A stretch of 10,832 nucleotides of DNA, from contig JBBDYA010000128.1 in the NCBI GenBank assembly GCA_040902005.1, positions 1 through 10,832 on the forward strand, in the 5' to 3' direction. A program made the translations under genes and the position numbers. The notes beneath the pieces were generated by a model. It was not told the DNA's origin, did not search any database, and worked only from the letters and a program-made list of their open reading frames with translations. Positions 1 through 9,969 of the stretch are shown piece after piece (positions within the stretch are counted from its first letter, which is position 1; the number at the start of each line of letters is the position of its first letter). The DNA comes from Gemmatimonadaceae bacterium (GTDB lineage: Bacteria; Gemmatimonadota; Gemmatimonadetes; Gemmatimonadales; Gemmatimonadaceae).

Positions 1-928
1 CCCCCCCCCCCCCCCCCTCGTTCCGCGGCGACGCCGATTCGGGCACCACCCCCGTATCCAGCGCCGTGACGAGCGCGCTGGCGCTGGGGAACCGCCGGTC
101 GGGATCCTTCTCGAGGCACATCATCACGGCGCGCGAGAGATCCTGCGGCACATCGCTCCGCCGCTGCCCGATGGGCGTGGGCTGCTCCGAGATGTGCTTT
201 ACGAGCATCGCCGGCGTGCTGGTCGCCACGAACGGCGGCTCGCCCACCAGCATCTGGTACGACACCACGCCGAGGGAATACAGGTCGCTGCGGCCATCGA
301 TTTCGCGATCGCCCGCGGCCTGCTCCGGCGACATGTAGGCGGGCGTGCCGATCGCCATGCCGGTCGCGGTGAGCCGATTGTCGCCTTCGCTCGCGGCGCG
401 CGCGATGCCGAAATCGGTCACCATCGTGCGACCGGTCGCGGCGTCCAGCAGGATGTTGTCCGGCTTGATGTCGCGATGCACCACACCGCGCTCGTGCGCG
501 TAGGCCAGCGCGTCGCCCACCTCGCGCGTAATCCGGCGCACGTCATCCACGGCCAGTACGCCGCGCTCGTGCAGCCGCTTCGCCAGGTTGTCGCCGCTGA
601 CGTACGCCATGACGAAGAAGACGAGCCCCTCCGCCTCGCCGACCGAGTAGATGGGGACGATGTGCGCGTGGCTCAGCTGCGCGGCCGTTTCCGCTTCGCG
701 CAGGAAGCGGATCTTGATCTGGCTCTGGAAGGCCAGTTCCGGGGGGAGCACCTTGATGGCGACGATGCGCTTGAGGCGCCTGTCCTTGGCGCGGTATACC
801 ACACCCATCCCACCCCGGCCTATCTCGCTGTCCAGCTCGTAGTGAGCACTGAGGACGCGTTCGATATGCGCGCGGAGCTCGGAACCCGAGGCCGATGCTG
901 CTGGGTCGACAGAAGGGGGCTGAGACAC
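1..928 (-). CDS. Hanks-type serine/threonine protein kinase (3' end truncated by window start)
   Basis: Manual minus-strand translation from GTG 928 (alternative in-frame ATG 988): SQPPSVDPAASASGSELRAHIERVLSAHYELDSEIGRGGMGVVYRAKDRRLKRIVAIKVL...FLREAETAAQLSHAHIVPIY...HRDIKPDNILL...VTDFGIARA...GTPAYMSPEQ...DGRSDLYSLGVV. Gly loop, VAIK, HRD, DFG and SPE motifs are intact. No stop inside the window, which is why the ORF track omits it. Confidence 0.95.
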   Translation of the reverse strand, partial: MSQPPSVDPAASASGSELRAHIERVLSAHYELDSEIGRGGMGVVYRAKDRRLKRIVAIKVLPPELAFQSQIKIRFLREAETAAQLSHAHIVPIYSVGEAEGLVFFVMAYVSGDNLAKRLHERGVLAVDDVRRITREVGDALAYAHERGVVHRDIKPDNILLDAATGRTMVTDFGIARAASEGDNRLTATGMAIGTPAYMSPEQAAGDREIDGRSDLYSLGVVSYQMLVGEPPFVATSTPAMLVKHISEQPTPIGQRRSDVPQDLSRAVMMCLEKDPDRRFPSASALVTALDTGVVPESASPRNEGGGGG

Positions 929-1204
929 TCGGCGGAATCGAGGTTGCGAGCGGAAACTTCGCTCGGACCGAAGGAAACTACGACTCATGCAACCCTATGG
1001 AAAGTATGAACCTAGCCCTGAGCGGCGACGCGCACGCCAGCCGTTGTAACAGTCCCACTACGTCACATAGGCCTATCAGAGTTGCAATTCCTGCCAAGGT
1101 GTCGTAAGACAGGGTTACGGACACGCGCTCTCGGCTGCCCCGGAAATCGCGCCACCTCGGGCTAAGCTGAAAGTGCCTCACTACTTAGCAGTTGAGGCCG
1201 TGCA

Positions 1205-1244
1205 TGGCGTGGAGTGTGCGACTCGCCCCGGCACGCGCGTCGCG
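1205..1244 (+). promoter_or_regulatory. Two tandem sigma54-like (-24/-12) promoter motifs upstream of lon
   Basis: TGGCGTGGAGTGTGCG (GG 1206-1207, GC 1218-1219) and CGGCACGCGCGTCGCG (GG 1230-1231, GC 1242-1243). Both have exact GG-N10-GC spacing; the second is close to TGGCACG-N4-TTGC. Confidence 0.45.
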
Positions 1245-1283
1245 CCCTGCAAATCGCACCGCACGTCGATTACCTCCACCACG

Positions 1284-1289
1284 AAAGGA
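1284..1289 (+). promoter_or_regulatory. Shine-Dalgarno sequence of lon
   Basis: AAAGGA, 8 nt before ATG 1298. Confidence 0.75.
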
Positions 1290-1297
1290 TCTCCACC

Positions 1298-3901
<2,604 letters not shown>

Positions 3902-3907
3902 GCCCCG

Positions 3908-5229
3908 TCAGTCGCCGGGACGCGGCGCGGGCGGAGCGTACTCGGTCTCGGGAATCCGGAACCGCCGCGCGAGCGACGGATCGCCCTCGTCGCCCAGCAC
4001 GCGCTTCGCGATGTACTCGCCGATCACCGGGCCCATCTTGAACCCCTCCGCGTTGCCCCCGCCCGCGATCCACACGTTGCGCAGGTTGGGGTGCCGGTCC
4101 ACGATGAACTCGCGACTCGACGTCAGCTCGTAGTGGCAGGCGCGCGTCTCGAGCACCGGCGCACCCGCGAGCGCGGGAAAGCGCTCCGCGACGAACGCGC
4201 GCGGGCGCTCCAGGCGTTCGGGCTCCACCCATCGGACGCTCAGGTCGGGATCCGACATGTCCGCCGCGTTGCTGCGTCCGCCGCCCCCGCCCCCCCCCCC
4301 CCACCACCACCGCCACGCACGCGAAAGCCGCGATTGTCCACGGGCAGCGCGGGCCATCCCGTGGTGCCGGGAAAATTCCAGCTCGGCATGTGCGGAAAGG
4401 TGAAGCGCTCGTCCCCCGCGGGCGTGCCGAAGTACAGCACCGTTCCCAGCGGTGTGCGCATGCGGTTGGCCATCAGGGGGAATGTCTTGCCCAGCCACGG
4501 CCCCACGGCGAACACGAAGGCGTCGCCCATGATGGTGTCACCGTTGGCCAGGCGCACGGTATTGCCATCGAACTCGCCCGGCACCGGCGCGATCACGCGA
4601 CCGATGACGATGCGCCCCCCCTCGTGCCTGAACACCTCGGCGACGGACTCCGTGGCGCGCCGCGAGCGGACGACGCCGGCGTCCGGCTCGTACAGCACCG
4701 CCGTGATGTCGTTCACCTGGATCGCCGGCCACCGCTTGCGGACTTCCTCCACCGGGAGCGTCTCGTGCGGGATGCCGTTCTTTTCCCACCAGGCGCGCGT
4801 GTTCGTGAGAAAGGGTTCCCAGTCTTCCCGCATGATCAGGTCGCCGGTGGTGAAGTACACCGGCATTCGCTGCGGCCGAGCGTACTCGGCGTCCCATTCC
4901 TTCCAGCGCAGCACCGCCTGGCGCGCCCACTGCATCCAGAGCTCGCCGTGCGGACGGTCGCCGTACGACGTGCGCACGCCGCGCGTCTCGTCGCCCGAGG
5001 TGGAGCGCGAGTTGCCCGCGCCCAGCATGTCCACGAGCGTGACGCGCGCGCCCATCCGCTGGAGATGGAGCGCCGTCCAGCCGCCGAATGCGCCGGCGCC
5101 GACCACGACCACGTGCGCGCCGGACCGGGCGGACGAGACGAGTCCCGGTGCCGTGGCGCATCCGGTGAGCAGCGCGCCCGCGCCCGCACCGGCGATCTTC
5201 AGGAACTCACGGCGATCCGGATGGCTCAC
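3908..5229 (-). CDS. FAD-dependent oxidoreductase, sarcosine oxidase/DAO family, with Tat signal and lipobox; frameshifted at a homopolymer (4290-4302), ~440 aa if repaired
   Basis: N-part (ORF 4240..5229): DRREFLK twin-Arg motif, LLTGC lipobox, VVVVGAGAFG dinucleotide motif, STSGDETRGVR. C-part (frame of ORF 3908..4498): RACHYELT...FIVDRHP...VWIAGGGNAEGFKMGPVIGE, matching the MSOX/SolA C-terminus. The two frames meet in a poly-Gly linker containing G13. Confidence 0.88.
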
Positions 5230-5647
5230 TGATGCGTACCCGTTTGAGCTCGAGCGTGTCGGACTTGAGCGAATCCGTGCCGGGCGCGAACCCGTTCAGC
5301 TTGAGGATGTACGCGATGACACGCGTGTAGTCGTCGTCGCTGAGTCCCCCCGGATTGTCCTCCGGCATGGTGCGCTTCAGCTGCTTGAAGTAGTCCAGCA
5401 CGGTGCGGCCCAGCCACGAGAAGCGAAACTGCTCGCCGGTATGAAAGCTGGGCTCGTGGCAGGAGACGCAGTACGCCATGAACACGTCCTCGCCCATGGC
5501 CACCTGGCTGGCGGAGAATGCGCCGGCGGCGAGCCGTTCGGGCAGCACCGCGGCCGGAGGGAGGACGGGCGCGGACGAATCGGACTGCGCGGCCAGCGCG
5601 GCGGGGGCGAGAAGGAGAAGGAGGGCGAGAATTCTGAGTCGCATCAC
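5207..5647 (-). CDS. Exported mono-heme class I cytochrome c
   Basis: Sec signal MRLRILALLLLLAPAALAA, heme motif CVSCH, probable axial Met in RTMPEDNPG, C-terminal helix VIAYILKLNG. GTG 5647 or ATG 5644. Overlaps the oxidoreductase start by 23 nt. Confidence 0.9.
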   Translation of the reverse strand: MMRLRILALLLLLAPAALAAQSDSSAPVLPPAAVLPERLAAGAFSASQVAMGEDVFMAYCVSCHEPSFHTGEQFRFSWLGRTVLDYFKQLKRTMPEDNPGGLSDDDYTRVIAYILKLNGFAPGTDSLKSDTLELKRVRISEPSGSP

Positions 5648-5655
5648 GTCAAGGA

Positions 5656-5684
5656 AATCGGCGGGTGAGCGCAGTGCATGTCAA
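5656..5684 (-). promoter_or_regulatory. Putative sigma70-type promoter, possibly leaderless, for the cytochrome c/oxidoreductase pair
   Basis: Minus strand TTGACA (5684-5679), 17 nt, CCGATT (5661-5656), 8 nt, then GTG 5647. Perfect -35, weak -10, no SD. Confidence 0.4.
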
Positions 5685-5686
5685 GT

Positions 5687-5779
5687 GCGCGGATAGGCGC
5701 GGATAGGCGCGGATAGGCGCGGATAGGCGCGGATAGGCGCGGATACCGCGGATAGTCGCGGATAGGCGCGGATGGGCGT
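5687..5779. repeat. 10-bp tandem repeat (GGATAGGCGC), about 9 copies
   Basis: Five perfect units 5691-5740, then GGATACCGC, GGATAGTCGC, GGATAGGCGC, GGATGGGCGT, preceded by a partial GCGC. Confidence 0.95.
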
Positions 5780-5797
5780 GACGAAACTGCGGAACAA

Positions 5798-5816
5798 CTT
5801 TTCAGAGCTTCCCTAG
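5798..5816 (-). mobile_element. Solo IS5-like terminal inverted repeat next to a CTAG site
   Basis: Minus strand CTAG|GGAAGCTCTGAAAAG. The 14-mer TTCAGAGCTTCCCT (5801-5814) recurs exactly at 9947-9960. Confidence 0.5.
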
Positions 5817-7840
5817 GGCGTTCCAACCCGCGCGCTGTCGGCCGGGCCCGCGGGAGAAATGAAGGTGCCCCAGTGCGGCAGCTTCCACGGATTGATGCGC
5901 AGCGCCGGTGGTTCGGTGCCCGGAATGAAGTACTCGACGTACCGCCGCTCCGGTGGCGTGGTGCTGTCCGCCGGCTGCCCGGTAGCGCGGTCCAGCTCCG
6001 CGTAACTCAGATCCGACGGCGCCGCCCACTCACCCGCGCTCCCCTCCCCGTAGTACGTCGCCACCATGTGCGCCCAGATCGGCGCGGCCAGCGATCCACC
6101 ACCCGCTCCCGGCATGATCGACTTGCGCCGATCGAAGCCAAGCCAGACGCCGGCGACGAGGGACGGCGTCATCCCCACGAACCAGACGTCGGCATTGTCA
6201 TTGGTGGTGCCCGTCTTGCCGGCGATCGCCACCTGCGGCGGGGGGGCTAGGCGCCGCGCCGCGGCCCCCGTGCCGCGCTCGGCGGCATCGCGCAGCATGT
6301 CGCGCACGATGTAGGCGACGCGCGGATCGATCACCTGCCGCAGCGCGGGCGTGGGGGCGTCGTACACCACGCGCCCGGCGCGATCCTCGATGCGCGCAAT
6401 GTACCGCGGCTCCACCGCGGTGCCGTTCGTGGCGAACGCGGAGTACGCGGCCACGAAATCCACCGGCTTCACCTCCGACGCCCCGATCGCGCTGGAGGGG
6501 TACGGCAGCATCGGCGTCTCGAATCCAACATGCGCCACCAGCGCGGCGACGGCATCCATGCCCACCTGCTGGCCGAGCTGGACCGACACGGTATTGCGCG
6601 ACAGCACCAGCGCGTCCCGGATTGTGAGCGGACCCAGGAACTGGTTGTCCGCGTTGTCCGGGCTGTACACGTCGCCGTTGGGCAGCGTGATGGCCAGCGC
6701 GCTGTCGGGAACGATCGCGTTCGCCGGGAGACTGTCCTGCATGGCCGTCGCATACACGAAGGGCTTGATCGACGAGCCGGGCTGCCGCATGGCGTAGGTG
6801 GCCCGGTTGAACGTGGACCGTCCGAAGTCACGCCCGCCCACCAGCGCCCGGACGTCACCGCTGTACGGATCGACCGCGACCACGAGGCCCTGGAGGTAGT
6901 CGGTGCCACCACGGGCCGTCGCCGACATCGTCGCGTGCGAATATCCCGCGCGCGCCTCGACCGCCAGCGTGCCCTGCGTCAGGGCATCAGCGGCCGCTGC
7001 CTGGAGCGCAGGGTCCAGCGTGGTGTAGACCCTGTACCCGCCGTCATTGAGGTCCACGCCCGCGCCCTCCGCGATCTGCCGCACGGCATCCACGAAGTAC
7101 GGGGCCACGACCGATCGGCCAAGGTTGGGCGCGGTGACCATCGGCTGGCGGCGAGCGGCGTCCGCCTCGGCACGCGTGATGAAGCGCTGCTCCGCCATCA
7201 GGCCGAGGATGAGGTTGCGCCGCTCCCGCGCGCGCGCCGGGTGGTTGATCGGGTCGTAGAGGGGCGGCCCTTTCGGCAGGGCGGCGAGCGTCGCCGCCTC
7301 CGCGAGCGTCACCTGTGCGGCCCCCTTCCCGAAGTAGTGGCGTGCGGCCATCTCGATGCCGCGCCAGCCGTGCCCGTAGTCGATGGTGTTGAGGTACGCC
7401 TCGAGGATCTGCTCCTTGGTGTAGTGCTTCTCCATCTCGCGCGCGGCGCCCTGCTCCCGCAGCTTGCGCATGGGGCTGCGGTCACTGCGGTCGATCAGGG
7501 TGGGATGCATGTTCCCCACAAGCTGCTGGGTGATCGTGCTGGCACCGCGGCGGTCGCCCAGGAGATTGTCCTTGATCGCCGCGGCCACGCCCACCAGGTC
7601 AACGCCGTCGTGCTGATAGAACCGCTGGTCCTCCACGGCCACGAAGGCCTGGTGCAGGTACCGCGGCAGCGTTCGCAGCGACACGTTGAACCGCGTTTCC
7701 TTCCCCAGCGAGCCGATCATCGTGCCGTCGCGGGCGAAGATGACGGAGGACTGCGGCAGGGTGATGATCTGCCAGGGCTCGGGGTTCTGTCCGAGCAGCA
7801 GGGCCGGTGCGAAGAGCAGGATCGGGGCGAGTATGCGCAT
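5813..7840 (-). CDS. Class A penicillin-binding protein (PBP1A family, transglycosylase + transpeptidase), 675 aa
   Basis: GT51 motifs EDQRFYQHDG, GASTITQQL, RKLRE, KEQILEAYLN; transpeptidase SxxK (GSSIKP), SxN (SRN) and KTG (GKTGT). Confidence 0.96.
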   Translation of the reverse strand: MRILAPILLFAPALLLGQNPEPWQIITLPQSSVIFARDGTMIGSLGKETRFNVSLRTLPRYLHQAFVAVEDQRFYQHDGVDLVGVAAAIKDNLLGDRRGASTITQQLVGNMHPTLIDRSDRSPMRKLREQGAAREMEKHYTKEQILEAYLNTIDYGHGWRGIEMAARHYFGKGAAQVTLAEAATLAALPKGPPLYDPINHPARARERRNLILGLMAEQRFITRAEADAARRQPMVTAPNLGRSVVAPYFVDAVRQIAEGAGVDLNDGGYRVYTTLDPALQAAAADALTQGTLAVEARAGYSHATMSATARGGTDYLQGLVVAVDPYSGDVRALVGGRDFGRSTFNRATYAMRQPGSSIKPFVYATAMQDSLPANAIVPDSALAITLPNGDVYSPDNADNQFLGPLTIRDALVLSRNTVSVQLGQQVGMDAVAALVAHVGFETPMLPYPSSAIGASEVKPVDFVAAYSAFATNGTAVEPRYIARIEDRAGRVVYDAPTPALRQVIDPRVAYIVRDMLRDAAERGTGAAARRLAPPPQVAIAGKTGTTNDNADVWFVGMTPSLVAGVWLGFDRRKSIMPGAGGGSLAAPIWAHMVATYYGEGSAGEWAAPSDLSYAELDRATGQPADSTTPPERRYVEYFIPGTEPPALRINPWKLPHWGTFISPAGPADSARVGTP

Positions 7841-7990
7841 TTCAGGGGCTGGTACACCTGAGTACTAGCGATGATTCCGCGCGACGACCACTCTCGCCCA
7901 CGACCGGCGGCAGCAGCCGATGGGTCACGTCATGGATAGCTTCAGGCGACCGGTATTACCAACGTTCTCGTTGCCAGCGTTCTTTATGGT

Positions 7991-9844
7991 ATGAGCCACC
8001 AGCTCGCGATCGCGCAGTTCGCGCCCAGCAAGGGCGACTATCCGGCCAACCTGCATCGGCTCGGGGAGTTGTTCGCGCAAAACGACGCCCTGTCACCCCG
8101 GGCGCAGCTGCTGTGTCTGCCCGAGTCGGCGCTCACGGGATACTTCCTGGAGGGGGGCGTCCGCGACGTGGCGATGACCGCCGGCGCACTCGCCAGCGAC
8201 CTGAACGAGATCTATCGCTCCGCGGTGAAGTCGCCGCGCATGCTGGACGTGGCGCTGGGCTTCTACGAGCAGTGGGACCGGAAGCTGTACAACAGCGCGC
8301 TGTACGTAACACTTGGCGGCGCCGAGCCCGTCGTGCGCCACGTGCACCGCAAGCTGTTCCTTCCCACCTACGGCATGTTCGACGAGGAGCGCTTCGTGGA
8401 CCGCGGCCGCGAGGTGCGCGCGTTCGACACGGACTTTGGCCGGATGGCCCTGCTCGTCTGTGAAGACGCGTGGCACAGCTTGACGGGGGCGATCGCCGCG
8501 CTCGACGGCGCGCAGGTCATTCTGCTCCTGGCGGCGCCTCCCGCGCGCGGCCCGTGGGCGGATACGCAGGGCGTTCCCGCCAGCGTCAATCGGTGGGAGC
8601 GGCTGGCACGGGACATCGCAGAAGAACATGGCGTCTTCGTGGCGCTCGCCAACCTGGTGGGAAGCGAGGGGGGCAAGATCTTCCCCGGCGCGTCGATGCT
8701 CATGGGGCCCAAGGGCGACCTTCGCGTGCGCGGTCCGCTGTGGGAGGAGGCCCTCGTCACGTCGGATGTGGACCTGGAGGACGTGAGCCGCGCCCGCGCG
8801 GACATGCCGCTCATCGCGGATCTCGAGGTGATGATGCCGCATCTGGTGTCGAACATCGCGCGGATAGAGATGGGCGCCGTCTCACGACCGGACTACGATG
8901 GTCGCAGCGGCGAATCCGCGACATCGGCAGGCGCCCGCGCGCGCGGCGGCGATGGGCGGAAGAAATCCTCATCAGCGTCCAGGTCTTCCGGCGCCCCGGT
9001 CAAGGTCGTTGCCGCCCAACCCTTCACTCCCCCGCTCCCCCTGGACATCGACCCCGCGCTCACTGAGCAGTGGCTCGCCTACTTCATTAAAAGCGAGATG
9101 GAGCAGCGCGGCTTCGGCAAGGCGCTCGTCGGCATTTCCGGCGGGGTAGACTCCGCGGTCACCGCGTATCTGGCGGCGAAGACCCTCGGGCTGAAGAACG
9201 TGATCGGCGTGCGCATGCCCTACCGGTCATCGAGCAGGGACAGTATGGATCACGCGCAGCTCGTGATCGACGCGCTTGGTATCGAGTCGTGCACAGTGGA
9301 CATCAGCGCGGCGGTGGACGGCTATCTCGAGCGCGATCCGGACGCGGAGGCCGGGCGGCGCGGCAACGTCATGGCCCGCATGCGCATGATCGTCCTGTTC
9401 GACCTGTCGGCGAAGCTGGGCGCGATCCCCCTGGGCACGGGCAACAAGACGGAGCGCCTGTTCGGCTACTTCACCTGGCACGCGGACGACGCGCCGCCAA
9501 TCAACCCGCTGGGAGACCTGTTCAAGTCGCAGGTGTGGGCGCTGGCGCGCCACCTTGGCGTGCCAGCCAGGATCGTGGACAAGCCGCCGACGGCGGATCT
9601 GGTGGTGGGCCAGACAGACGAGGCGGATTTCGGGATCTCGTATCAGAAGGCCGACGAGATTCTCAACTGGATACTCGCTGGCTACAAGCCGGCCGAACTG
9701 GTGGCGCGCGGGTTCGTCGAGTCGGAGGTCACGCTCGTGGCCACACGGCTGGCGTCCACGCACTGGAAACGGCGACTGCCGACCGTCGCGATGCTGAGCC
9801 CGACGGCGATCGGCGAATCGTATCTGCGCCCGGTGGACTTCTAG
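7991..9844 (+). CDS. nadE: Glutamine-dependent NAD+ synthetase (nitrilase/CN-hydrolase domain fused to NAD synthetase domain), 617 aa
   Basis: Nitrilase triad Glu (LPESAL), Lys (HRKLFLP), Cys (VCEDAW); synthetase PP-loop SGGVDS, GNVMARMRM, GTGNKTE, NPLGDLFKSQV, KPPTADL, QTDEADFG. Confidence 0.95.
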   Translation: MSHQLAIAQFAPSKGDYPANLHRLGELFAQNDALSPRAQLLCLPESALTGYFLEGGVRDVAMTAGALASDLNEIYRSAVKSPRMLDVALGFYEQWDRKLYNSALYVTLGGAEPVVRHVHRKLFLPTYGMFDEERFVDRGREVRAFDTDFGRMALLVCEDAWHSLTGAIAALDGAQVILLLAAPPARGPWADTQGVPASVNRWERLARDIAEEHGVFVALANLVGSEGGKIFPGASMLMGPKGDLRVRGPLWEEALVTSDVDLEDVSRARADMPLIADLEVMMPHLVSNIARIEMGAVSRPDYDGRSGESATSAGARARGGDGRKKSSSASRSSGAPVKVVAAQPFTPPLPLDIDPALTEQWLAYFIKSEMEQRGFGKALVGISGGVDSAVTAYLAAKTLGLKNVIGVRMPYRSSSRDSMDHAQLVIDALGIESCTVDISAAVDGYLERDPDAEAGRRGNVMARMRMIVLFDLSAKLGAIPLGTGNKTERLFGYFTWHADDAPPINPLGDLFKSQVWALARHLGVPARIVDKPPTADLVVGQTDEADFGISYQKADEILNWILAGYKPAELVARGFVESEVTLVATRLASTHWKRRLPTVAMLSPTAIGESYLRPVDF

Positions 9845-9958
9845 GGAAGAAGAGTGTCGTTCCGAGTCGCGCAGCGACGAGGAATCTGCAATTCAACCTC
9901 AAGAACTGCAGATCCCTCGCTGCGCTCGGGATGACAGTCCACTTTCTTCAGAGCTTCC
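9845..9958. mobile_element. 114-bp MITE-like element with IS5-like ends enclosing a REP-like palindrome
   Basis: CTAG(9841-44)|GGAAG...TTCAGAGCTTCC|CTCG(9959-62): inverted ends with an imperfect 4-bp flanking repeat. No coding capacity. Confidence 0.5.
9855..9936. repeat. REP/RPE-like extended palindrome between convergent nadE and HNH genes
   Basis: Left arm TGTCGTTCCGAG-TCGCGCAGCGA-CGAGGAATCTGCAATTC, 8-nt loop AACCTCAA, right arm GAACTGCAGATCCCTCG-CTGCG-CTCGGGATGACA. The arms are near reverse complements. Confidence 0.85.
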
Positions 9959-9969
9959 CTCGGCGGTGG

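Noticed and set aside
66..1009. Plus-strand ORFs 66..338, 194..1009 and 651..842
   Set aside because: Antisense shadows of the minus-strand kinase; no motifs.
1185..1220. CIRCE-like TTAGCAGTT upstream of lon
   Set aside because: No GAGTGCTAA half-site at 9-nt spacing.
1214..1297. 28-codon N-terminal extension of Lon in the ORF track
   Set aside because: Overlaps the promoter-like motifs; the SD and Lon homology point to ATG 1298.
5644..5826. 60-aa ORF across the tandem repeat, or a CRISPR reading of the repeat
   Set aside because: The peptide only reflects the 10-bp periodicity; there are no spacers or cas genes.
4091..7861. Plus-strand ORFs such as 4091..5668 and 6530..7861
   Set aside because: Antisense shadows of the oxidoreductase, cytochrome c and PBP genes.
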